Source: Azolla caroliniana
Taxonomy: Eukaryota; Plantae; Polypodiophyta
Reading direction: 5' to 3'
NCBI GenBank assembly: GCA_043228905.1
Contig: JBHGNT010000011.1
Span: forward strand, 5,332,001-5,396,000
DNA length: 64,000 nucleotides
Every line of letters begins with the position of its first letter. Within the stretch, counting starts at the first letter, position 1. Under the pieces are notes generated by a model. The model was given only the letters and a program-made list of their open reading frames with translations. It was not told the origin of the DNA and did no database searches. Position numbers and translations under genes: made by a program. Positions 23,601 through 36,012 of this stretch are shown one piece after another.

Positions 23601-26106
23601 CCGGCGTCTTTGGCACAGTAAACTCGAGCCGGATTCCCTTCGAGCGACAGTACTCCTGGAACTGCCCCCGGTATTCCCCTCCGTTATCCGCTCGTATCGC
23701 TTTCAGCTTCTTGCCGGATTCCCTTTCCACTCTCGCGTGAAGTTCTTTGAAGACGCACAACACTTGGTCCTTTGTCTTCAACGGTGCCGTCCACAGCTTC
23801 CGGCTGTGGTCATCAATGAATGTCACGAAGTACTGGGCTCCGCCATGTGACTTCGTCTCTACTTGACACACGTCAGTGTGCACCAGCTCCAATGGTGCGC
23901 TACGTCTCGTTGGTGGCCTTGAGTGGAAGGAGGTCCGGTTTTGCTTACCGGCCAGACAGTCGGTACACTTCCCCAGGTGTACGTGCTTTACCGGTATCAG
24001 GTTGTCATCGGCAAGCCTCTTCATCCCCTTCTCACTCATGTGGCACAGTCTCTTGTGCCACAGCTCACCGGCAGTGTCGGCTGCCACGTTCAGCTCTTCC
24101 GGACATAGCCGGGAATTCATCAGGTACAGTGTATTGACCTTCCGGGCCCGAGCCACTATCAGGCTCCCTTTGCTGAACTTCATGACACCGTTCCGGATGC
24201 TACCCGTGTAGCCTTCATCATCTAGCCTCCCGGCCGAGATCAGGTTCAATCGGACCTCCGGAACGTGTCGAACATCCTTCAGCAGCATCTTGCATCCGGT
24301 TGATGTCATCAGCCACACGTCTCCTATGCCGGCAATCCGGCATGTGCCTTCATTTCCCATCCGGACACAGCCGTGCTCACCGGCTGTGTAGGATGAGAAG
24401 TATTTCTTCTCCGGGGTCAGGTGGAACGACGCTCCGGAGTCGACCACCCAGGTCATCTCTACACCGGCAAGGTTCAGCTCCTTCTCTTCGGTAATGAGCA
24501 TTATCTCTTCTTCACTTGCCGCGAGTGTCGTCGTTCCTTTCCGGTCCTGCCCTCGCCGATCCGGACATCTCCGGTCCGTGGCTCCCCGGTATGCACCGTT
24601 TCTCTCCGGTGACTTCTTCGAATCGGTGTCGTCGGCTCCGTTGTCCTTTCGGTAATGCCAACAATTCTTCCGGAAGTGCCTCGGCTTCCCACAGTGGAAG
24701 CATGTGGGCCTTCCTCTTGACTGCGACCGGGTCCCCGACTTCTCCCGTCTTTGCGGACTCCGGTTCCATTGTCTTCCCCGATCCGATTCGGTAAGCAGCG
24801 CCTTCGAGTCGGAGGCCGGTTCTTTATCTCTCCGACGCGCTTCTTCGTTCAAAATACTTGTCTTCACCGTTTGTAGGGACAAGTTGTCTTCCGTGCAGGA
24901 GGTGCTGAGAGTCACCACCAAGTTCTCCCAGCTTTCCGGTAATGTACACATCAGAATGATGGCTTGCATTGCATCCTCCAACGGGAACTTGATCGCCGCA
25001 AGCTGGTTCACGAATCCCATGAACGTGCTCACGTGTTCAACCATATTCTCGCCGTCCCGGTACTTGAGGTTCACTATCTTCCTCATCAGGGAGGTCCGGT
25101 TCAACGCATTCTTCCTCTCGTAGAGGCCCGACAGCTTCTTCCACATCTCATATGCGTTGGTGTCATTCGCCACATGTTGTAGAACGCTTACATCGACATA
25201 TTGCCGGATCGTCGCTACGGCTTTCCGGTTCAGGAGCTTCCACTTCGACTCTATTACCCCCTTGGGTATCTCGGCATTGTCGATCGGTTCATACAGGTCT
25301 CGGACGATGAGAAGGTCTTCCATCTTTATCTTCCAGTCGGCGTAGTTCTGTGAGTTCAGCACCATCATGCCCGGAGGCCCACTACCGCCGCCTTCCATTT
25401 TCTGTGTTAACCGTGCTCTGATACCACTTTGTTGTAAAACAGTGCTCAGCCACCACCGAGGAATAGGATAAATTCACAGAAAACAGGAAATACAAAATGC
25501 ACGAAGTAGAATAGAGAGAAGAGTACACGGGATGTTTTTCGTGGAAAACCCTAACTGGGGAAAAACCACGGGAGTCCTCAAACTCCAACTATCACTATAG
25601 ACAGAGATGTACAATGGTGAAGCTACAAGGCAACAACCTTGAGCTCACTGTCTTCGCCACAGGCGGCGGCAGTACACAGAGGCAACGACCTCTTCGTCTC
25701 TCTCTCTCTCTCTCTCTCGGCTACTCACTTTTTTTCTCTCTCTCTCAAAATGAGCAACAACATTTAAACTGTTTGCCCTAAGTCATATTTATACACATAT
25801 GACTTTCGGGCTATTTACAAATATAGCCTCAAGGGCTCTTAGCAAACATATTCACAAATATGTCCCCGCATCCGGATCTCTCTCCGGGTACATTCGTCAT
25901 CTGGCTCCGTAGCCGGGGTCTTCATCATCCGGATCCGTATCCGGGTACTCTTCATCCGGCTTCATGCCGGGTACTCTTCATCATCCGGTTCCGTAACCGC
26001 AACCGGGCTTGCCGTCATTTATCTCCGGGGACATCCGTAACCGCAACCGGGCTTGCCGTCATTTATCTCCGGGGACATCCCATCCGGAGGGACCGAAATC
26101 CCAACA
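20667..26106 (-). mobile_element. Near-intact Ty1/copia element E (Tnt1/Tork-like), nested in the 3' LTR of C
   Basis: 5' LTR 25430-26106; PBS 25415-25426; PPT AAGGGGGAG 21311-21319; 3' LTR 20667-21308 (terminal ~19 bp lost); LTRs almost identical apart from repeat-unit indels. Confidence 0.95.
21346..25398 (-). pseudogene. Gag-Pol of element E (963 aa ORF + 370 aa ORF separated by one stop)
   Basis: NYADWKIKMEDLL gag; CFHCGKPRHFRKNC; WVVDSGASFH; LWHKRLCH; HTDVC..FIDDHSRK; NKWVFK..YVDD; STTEAEY..RTKHI. One stop at EEIYM* and apparent in-frame loss of KSLYGLK. Confidence 0.93.
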
Positions 26107-29100
26107 CTGTTGTACCTATATTCTACTCACACATGTGCACCTTTGAGCATGAGATGTATATATACCTCATTATGGGTATTTTTGTATTGGATGATGTTTA
26201 TTAATATAGAGGAAAGGTCTTTAGCTACACTCTTTTTTAATCATCCCCCATTTATAATATTGTTCATAAGTGTAACTTCCTCTCACTCCTCCTCTCACAC
26301 ACATACGCACACATATCACATAATCTTCTGCTTCTTAACTACTCATATAATTAGACACTAATTAACCCTAGTTAATTACCTAATTATTAACATTATTCCT
26401 ATTGAAATTCTATGCAATCATGAACATCTATAACTACCATTTTAATTTTGTGTGCTTAATATTAATCTTATTGGATTCAACTTGCATAAATTGATGTGTG
26501 GGCAAAATGAGAATTTGAGTGAAGTGATCATTTGGGTATGTGAATGTACACTTGTGGATTTTCATATAATCTACCAATTCATAGGATTTTAGTGCGTCAT
26601 CAAATGATGAAATATATTTCAATAACTCATTAAAATTAGGAACATCTACGATTCATGACTTTCAGCTAGATTGATTATTCATGTGTGTCACATCAATTCA
26701 ACAATTCATACTTTGATGAGTCTTTGACTTCGCATCAAATGGATGAATGATACTTTTTTGAGTTCTAAAATGACAACTCCTAAATTTAGAGTATCATTGA
26801 TATATGACTCAATCATCTATGGATTTTAAATTGGCAAAGTAAATCGACGAGACATCAACTATGTGACATTTCAATTAGCCAAAAAAAGGTGAATTGTGAT
26901 CTTAACATGTTGTCAGCTCTACTCAATTTCGTTGAGTTGCAGACCAGCTAGCCACAACTTTGAAGATTAATTGATTCTATCACATTCCAATAACTCTTGA
27001 AAACACACTTTAGAAAGCATCCATTTTCCACCATGTTTCCCAATAGCATGAGCTTCTTATAGACATATATCTCTTTTCTCATGTGGAAAATGATCCATTT
27101 TTGCTTATGTTTTCACTACATTTATAGAACATTATGAGCATGTAGAAGAAGAAAGAATACAATTGCATCCAATTGGAACACACACAAAAAATCATACCTT
27201 ACATTCAAATGGAAAACAAAAAAATCGTTTATGTGTCTTTTGGATCTTTTTTTACATGCTTTTCATGTGATTCTTGTAGTGCATGTGATAGACTTTTTTG
27301 AACCTTAAGCATGTATTCAACAACCTTTTCCATGTCCCAAATCTCATTGGGAAATTATTACATCTCAAGAAGTAGGGGGGGGTATATGGTGTTTAAACAC
27401 TATTAGAATCTTTGTAAGAAAATGGTTTTGGACATTTTCAAACACATTCCAAGCTCACATTGAGATGCTACCTTATCATACATCCACCCCATAGAGAAGC
27501 ATTAGTGTCACCAAAGTGTCAAAAATGTCTTTCTTGAGGACCTAACATTTAATATCTCCACCATTGCTTATGGTCATATATATATATATAAGTAAATTGT
27601 ATTGCAAAAGAACTTAGTTTATAAGTATATGAATAACTTCCATTGGAACAACTAGATAATCATGACACAATGTGTAAATAAGACTTATATTAAAGAGTGG
27701 ACACCATGATGCAAGGCAAAAAACCACAACATAGCAATGAGAAATTTATAAATTATTGACTAGATATTGAAGTTCTTAAAAGAACCCAATGTAAAGAATG
27801 TAAGTTTGAAGTAGGATGTCCCGAAATTCTAAATAATCAAATAGAGATTATTTGAGGGATGCTTAAAGAAGCTAAATTCTTGTACTCACTCTACAAAGCT
27901 CTACAAATCCTAACTCTAAAAGCACAGCCTCCTCCAAGTTCCAAGTTCTTTATACTAGGCATTTCCCATTATATGTCAATCTACATCACAAACAATAAAA
28001 CGTTTTTCCTAAACCTTTGTGCACAAAACCAAGTGTTGAAGTAGATTTTGTGCACACAATAAGATGAAGATGTTTAATAATAATGGAGATATTGCAACAT
28101 TAAGATGATATTCTATTGTTTCAACTCTTTGGTTATGAAGATCATTTCTAACACATGTTTTATGAGAAATTTCTAGCATGCATGCAATGGGACAAAAAAA
28201 TTGAATCCAATGTAGCAGAAAGATAAGAGCAAATATATAGTTGAAGACAATCCCACAACTTTATTAAGAACATGAAAGTAACAATCATAACTTTTACGTT
28301 TCTAAATTCAACACAAATATGAATGAGCATATGAATATAGCATCAATAGTTTGTTTAATAAAATTGGCATGGACGTCTAGCATCTCTTACATTATGTGTA
28401 AAGGCACCTTTTGTCTTAGCTTGTAATGGCTCCAACCCTTGGATTGTAAAAAAATGATGTGTAAGCCATTCTAATTGATAAATAAAATCATTGGAATGGC
28501 TAATGTATCAAATATAATCTATAAAGGCAATGCATTTACATTTTGCTTTGGTATGTAATGTTGTGCTTTGTGATGGATATGAATTTATTTGTCCAATTTA
28601 TAAGCTAGATCCACATTCAAGTTTATGCTACTTCTCTATTTTCATATGTGTATTCACATACATGAAATGTATTTATGCAATGATCGGTTGAAGCATTTGA
28701 GGGTTTTGGTGAGTTTTCCAAAAAAAATGCTAAAAAACATATAGCATGAAAGAAATGGAAAAAATACTCAATGAAATTACGAGAGCTACTTTCTTTTCGG
28801 TTCTTAATCTCAAATTAGATAAGAAGTGCACTTGGCAAAGGTTCACAAACCTATCCTTCCAAAGTTGGTATATAAATTAATGTCTATGGAGTCTTGTATG
28901 AAGGAGAACACATTTATTGTAGAGGCAATAGAATCTTAGGTTTGAATCCATCGTGGTTTGAGTGTGGATTTGTTACACCCTTGAATCAGCATTTATTGGA
29001 CAATTTCATTTATTTCCTTTTAAGGTGATATTTATTCCATTTGAAAGTTGTCTCAACATATTACATATCATATGATGAGTCACACACACACACACACACA

Positions 29101-32100
29101 CACACACATCTCTCATTTATAGTTAATCAACAATCCAATTAGGTTGGATCAAAATGGGAACGCCAATTGCCTTCTATACATCAATGGTCGAACAAATCTA
29201 CTTTATTCTCTCACACATGCTTGGTGTTATATTAGAATATGGATTTCAAGTGCAAGATGCGTGTACATCATCGCACTCCTTTCTCACACATATATGCCTC
29301 CTCTAGTCATGGTTATTCACAATGCCAAGCTTGTTCACATTTCTTTAGAGAAAAGTTCAAGTGGGAAACTGGGATTCACATATATGATATATAGATTCTC
29401 ATCCTTCCTCACATACCAATATAATACCTCTAGCCGCTATTTTGTCCATGTTCTTATAATAAAAAGAGGGTTCCGATGGCAAACAAAACGCCTCAAGATT
29501 TATGAAATATCCCTCTCTAGATTCTCAATTCTTTTTGAATTCCTGCACACATTGTTGCTTCTAGTGACAAGCACGTTTTCACAATCTTAAAAGAGACAAA
29601 TTGAAGGGGAAGAGAGGAGCATGCCTTGAGCTTTAACTAGTATCCCTCTAGATTCTCATCCTTTTAGCAATGACTATTGAAAGCGCATATTGCTTTTCCC
29701 AGGCTTAGTTGGAAATATCATCAGGCATCGAGACTTATTTGAAGAAATGACTCTATGGTCAATTCCTTCTTATTTCGCATGCACACATTGCATCAATTAC
29801 CAAAGTTTGCTATGCATATTACATTCTTAAGCATACAAACATGAACAAACTAAAAAAATCCCTCAAGATTAATTGCAAAAAGAAGGTTAACGACAATATC
29901 ATCGAGATTAAGCTACTCTATATATGTTTACAAAGGATCAAGAATATAAATTTTTTTAAATAAAGAAGTTGCGCAAACTACGATTTTCCAAACATTTTTC
30001 TTAGATTCTTTATCATGAAGAAAAAGAAAACGCGGAAAATAAAATAATTAATCAACAAAATAGATGAATAAATAAAAATAGAAATATAACATAAAGGATA
30101 AATGAATACTATTAAAATCTCCCAATATGTTGGGGCCACTTTTTGTTGTGATTTTATTTTTAATAAATTTATACTATTCTTTTATTTTATGCTTGTGTGT
30201 GTGTCTATGTGTGTGTTAAGAATATATACCCTTATGCATCCATATATACATACACATAAGTATACATATAGGTATCTATGAAGTCGCATACATCTAGTAT
30301 ACCGTTATTGTTTAAAGTATATTCCATTTTTCAAATATTTTTTTCTAGATAAAATAAACTATATATTTTGTATCTTTTATTTCTTTATTTTGTAACTGCT
30401 ACCCAAGATTGATTGATTTATTTATGCATTCAGTTTTTTCCTTCTATAATCTTTTTCTACTATAGAAGTTTTTTGAGCGTTTTCTCGTTTTTATGGCCTT
30501 CCTTTTCTCTTTACCCCCCCCCCACACACATGTAGAACAAAATCCCCAGAGTTTTTGATCATATCACCTAAATGCCTCTCAAAAATCTCCATCCGCTTCA
30601 ATCATTACATCCGAAAGACGAAAAATGGTGATGAATCAAGCATTCAAGTGCTCAAATATCAAAGAAACATGAATTGGCTTAATCATTATATATTTGCTGA
30701 AAGTAGAACTTGATGTAGCTCCTTAGGGCTAGACTTTTTGAGTCAATAAAAGGACATATGGGGACTAATGAAAACATAGGGACAGTTTGGGGAAGTTGAG
30801 AAAAAACCTAGAGGTGTATCCCAATAAGTTTTGCTTATAAAAAGGGACATCTACCTATGAGTTATAGTGACCTTCCATTTAGCGTTTAAAATCCACCACA
30901 AGGATTTTGTTACTGGAGTCGTGTATCGCCATGAAAACATGTAACATAACACCAACCCCTTTATTGTAGGCATCAATAAATATATGAGTAAGGCAATTCC
31001 ATAAAGCAAATGGCACTTTGTACCCATAATGAGACTAAAAAACAAAATACATTACATGATTCATGCTCAAATGTTCTAGTTCCTTAGTGGTATACAGGAC
31101 TGCAACTGTTATTCATTATTATGCCTCCCATTCTCCTCGTCACCCCATCTTCAAATGTGAACATCCACCACATCCATCCCATGCCCCTAAGTGCATTGGT
31201 TAGTTACGTCATTTTCTCCTAAATTCTAGCTTATTCAAAGTAATAAATGCCTCCCCAAACACTTAATATTGTCTTTAGTGAAATTTATGTGTTTTTGTAC
31301 GATTTAAATATTGCAAGTTAACAATGTTCAAATGAGTTTCTCTCTCACACAAAAAAGGTTCCCCATATGTATTTGCTTGCATTCAACATATTAACCATGG
31401 TTATGGAGTACATACATGACACATGCAAGAGAATTCAAATAAAAAATCTATTAAAGGTTGAAACCCCATTTTGTAATGAACAATGTGAGTGGATATTTAA
31501 CTAACACAGGATCGGTTTGTTAGAAACTAAGCATTGAATGACACTTGCTTATAGGTTGGGATCCCATATTTGTAGAGCACTTTGCTTTTTAATTGTGAAG
31601 TATAATAAAGTCAATAACAATTTGAATCTCAAATTCCTCTCAACACACTTAACGTATATCAACACTTCAAATTAATAACACTAAAACAAACTCTTCACAC
31701 ATTTTTCAATGGAAGTATTTATATTCTAGAATGGTCCGTTAAAATTTCAAGAGCACGATCAAGTTAGTTTGATATTTTGAATTCTTTTATAGACGTCTGT
31801 TTGAATCAAAGTCTAGGGACTAAAACTTCAACAATCGATGCAACCTATGGTTAATTTGTGCTTTTGGAAATTTCTATTATTCATATTCATGGAAGTTTCT
31901 TGTGTTTCCTTCATTTCATATTCACAAAACTTGTTTAACGAGTCTAAAGTTGTGCATCACCTATGTTATTAGGTGTTTGTTTTGTCTGTGACTAAAACAT
32001 TTAGGCACATTCCATACACAATCACAAGTTGTTTTGTTCGAACATAACTCATATGAATATTCAAAGATCATGTCAATGCCAATGAGTATAAATGTTGGGT

Positions 32101-34516
32101 AACAATTGCATAAAAGTTAAGAGAAGCATGAAATTAGGCATTTGATCAAGAAAACATTGAATAAATTATATTTGGACAATGTTTATGAGTTGGACTCCAA
32201 AATATTGATGTTATGACTTTCACATCAAAAGGATGGAAAGAATATCTAACCTTGCAAATTATGAACGACAGCATGATCGCGATTTCTAATGATTGACTAA
32301 CTCATTGCAGTCGTTCCGAAGGAAAACAAAGAAAATATGTGGGCTAGAAACTATTAAATCTTGCACAAACAGGTTCGTTTGACTTGTTAGGTGATAAGGT
32401 GCATTTAATATGTCAATGATTATTTACATTAGTACTTTGAGTGTGTATTAATTTTTAGAATTAGATGAAATACTTCTTGTTGTGCCTTGGGGTTGTCTGC
32501 AAAGATACATTGGACTTTGAAATGAAAGGTTGACATTTCAAAAATAACTTTGCTATGAACTGTTCACCAATTTGGTACATAGAGTATCATTTGGTAACTT
32601 GGATGCATGCATATGTGTGTGTTTAATTCAGGTTTTTCTCATTGTTTACAAATTAAGTGAGGTGATTGCAAGATTGAATACCATGCAATCTAGGTAAGTT
32701 CATGTTCGTAGAGTGTGATTCGAACATATACATATAGATATAATTGCAACCATAACATTCTTTTCAAAGTATTTAGAGTGAAGGAATTTAGCAAAATTCT
32801 CTACATAATTAGCTACTTACTTTGGTAGTTTTACATAATTCCGTTCATTACTTTTACATGGATCGAAGTTTTTTCTCTTTCAAAAATGATTCCTTTTCTA
32901 AAGGGTAAAGAAGATACTTGTTTCAAAATATCAAGGACAACCTTGGGAGATCATCTTGATTCTTAAGCCTCTTAATCAAGGCATGAGGTCTCATAGATGG
33001 CGCATATTTTTAAGAAATTTATTCCATGAGGTTTTATCAATTTGATAAGATATTTTAGCCATTTATATGTTACTTTTCACACTATGGTTGGCATAAATAA
33101 ATGGCACTTCATGTTGGTTATAGATTGAAATTTCACATTAGACATTTGGTCGAAAAATGTAGCTACTTCTAAGACAGGTTTTCGGAAGCATATGATGTGA
33201 CCATATAAATAGGTATAAAAACCACTATTTTAGGGGAAGAAATTCATACAACATTTGGAGTAGTTTTTTGCCATAACCAATCACTTAATTTTTATTTTGA
33301 TGCTTGCTTGCTAAGTATACTTTTAGATGAGATACTCTCATAACACTTTACGAAAGTTGTTGAAGAATGAAACAATTAGTTTTGGTTGTTTGGCTACATG
33401 GTAGGCCAACTTAGCCAAACTACATGTTTCTCTATGTGAACCCATTTTTGTGCATTTGAGGTACCTTGGGATGATAGAAATGGACAATTTCAACAAGTTG
33501 TCAATGATTGTATGCACCCTCAAGGTTTTTTCTCAAGATGATCCTTATTATCTATACTTATTACTAGGAATATAATAGAACACTTCCATTTATTTTTTTG
33601 AATGTATTTAATAGACAATGTCTCAATGTAATCATCCTTTCTAAGCTTGCATTACATATATATGTGCATGGGTAATCATTTTAATACCTCTATGTTATCA
33701 TTCTTTGTGGGTTTTCATCTTTGCATTGAAGGTTATTACTACTCTAATACAATCTTTACAAAAAAACATACATATTTACATGTATGTATGTAAACCCTAA
33801 CATCCATGGAATTACTATGCTTTACAAAAGCCTAGTAAAAGGCACAAGATGAACACAAAAGATACTTAATATGATGAGAAAATGCTAGTTGGCATGAGTT
33901 CCTAGAAATGTGTTAGCAAAGTGCTGATTTAGTGAATCATTGTTCCTCTTGGCATTAGAATCATTCTATTCATTCTTAAATTATGCATGATCATAGGGCA
34001 CACATCAATCTACAAGTCTACAACAATGAGTTATGAGACGTTATGCAGTTAAAGTAGCATACCACTTCTTCATTGCCCAAGGGATTTAATATTTGTTATC
34101 ACCCTTTCTATTGCCACACATAAATAAAAATATTTAATTATCATCCTTGGCGATAAAATATGAACTACGGGACCAATTATGAAACACTTTCACAAAGTAT
34201 GTGTGGAATTTCTGATGCTCAATTCCAAATTTGGTCAAGGCAAAATATGCATAGTCGATGAGTCTCCACACCTATGTCCCGATGCCCTCTCTCATATCAA
34301 AGAGAATGTGAGTTAAGCAATGTGGAAGCAATCGTATGGATACTATGTATAAATGGGTATGGTTTCCCCATTTGGAGAAGAAAATGGTTTGAAGTTTGGC
34401 ATAACATATAGGATGGAATGTGTGAAATGTGACCCTCCACATCTTTCCTAAGTTATGATATATTTGCATTGCAAAAAAGCCTCATTCATAGAGTATTAGC
34501 ACCAAGCAAGTGTAAT

Positions 34517-34884
34517 ACATTATGTTCACCAAACTATCTTGTCATATCTTGCATCCATTCAAGACCCAAAATTTTGCTTTGGTTTATCTTTTCTTATTTT
34601 ACTTGCTTCTCATGTGATTATAGGAAGGGATGTGAGGTGTTATGAACAAAAAGCCTGTACTCAGCAACTCTTTCTATAACCAAGATGCAGATTAAAGACA
34701 TTATGTTCACCAAACTATCTTGTCATATCTTGCATCCATTCAAGACCCAAAATTTTGCTTTGGTGTATCTCTTTTCTTATTTTACTTGCTTCTCATGTGA
34801 TTCTAGGAAGGGATGTGAGGTATTATGAACAGAAAGCCTGTACTCAGCAACTCTTTCTTTAACCAAGATGCGGATTAAAGACAT
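34517..34884. repeat. Tandem duplication, ~181-bp unit x2
   Basis: ACATTATGTTCACCAAACTATC...GATTAAAGACAT at 34517 and 34698, few mismatches. Confidence 0.9.
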
Positions 34885-36012
34885 CAATACATATTCATAG
34901 ACAAGCAAAAGTTATATATTACCCTAACAATATAGATGGATAAATATGAGTGCTACACTGCTACCTAACGTTCTTCTAAGGGATATTGAAGGTTACTACT
35001 TTCCCTATGTTTTATAAGGGAATTTGAAAACATAAAAAAGTTGTCAGTTTTCATGAAATGCAGTGTGGGTTAATAACGTTAGATAAATTTACTCAAATAA
35101 TTTATACAACCTTTCTGGGTGTTTTTTCATTTTAGTTATACTTCTGTAAATTCACTCTTGCTCTACAAGAATTATCAAGAAGAAAGATTTATAACTATAA
35201 ACCTACACTTCACAAATGCAAAGAAAGCACTCTTAAACACAACAGTATCATGTGAAATGTTATCTTTCGCAAAAACAATTACAGTTTCCCTAGATCATGA
35301 TGTACTTACAATCTGACGCAACTTATGTGTGTTTTTGGCACAAACTTCTCTAACTGGTTATCGATACAAGTAAACATTTTATGGATAAAGAGATGAAAAT
35401 ACCTAACAAATACAAATAAACACTTCAATGTCTTTCTCTCTCAGTCACTGATGGAAGATTATCATTGGTACACAAGTTTTTCCTCGCCATATATGACAAC
35501 CATGGTATGCCAATTGGTGAAAAAGGGGCCTATTATTAATTGGAGTCAAAAGTAAATACATATTATAAATAAATGCACATATATTTTTGCATATATAAAA
35601 AACACACTTCTTTTACAACTGCTTGGATAGTTTTATGAATAGAGAAACACGCTTCTTATTCTTTCGAGGCATTCAGGTTGCCGAGAGAAGGAAATAATGC
35701 GTGAGTCTGTGAGAGAGAAAAGAGAACTACATACATAATTGTCACAATCATGTGACAAGTAGATTGAAACCGAATATATGAATGATTTGTGACCCTTGAA
35801 GAAAGCGAAAAAAAAGTAAAAAAAAAACATGTGTACTGATGAGGCGAAAAGAACGAAAAAAGGGGGCCATATGTATGTAGTGAAGAAAAAATACCGGCAT
35901 ATCGAAACATCGAGACTCACACTTTAACAATACCCCGCAGTAAGCATTTCATATCACAAAATTAGACCCTTCATAGTTACACGAGAGATGTTGAATCTGT
36001 CAGTCTTTATCA

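Larger units (their letters stand above)
11212..26392 (+). mobile_element. Ty1/copia element C with RT/RNase H deleted; host of nested elements D and E
   Basis: 5' LTR 11212-11678; PBS TGGTATCAGAGC 11679-11690; gag from ATG 11843; 3' LTR 20603-20666 + 26107-26392; TSD GTATT/TTATT (1 mismatch). Confidence 0.9.

Noticed and set aside
29144-29590. 148-aa ORF
   Set aside because: Non-ATG start, AT-rich, no motif or splice support.
26400-34400. Possible decayed DNA-transposon (hAT-like) remnants, e.g. WEIILILKPL at ~32944
   Set aside because: Only isolated weak motifs; no TIR/TSD or continuous frame. Needs an HMM search.
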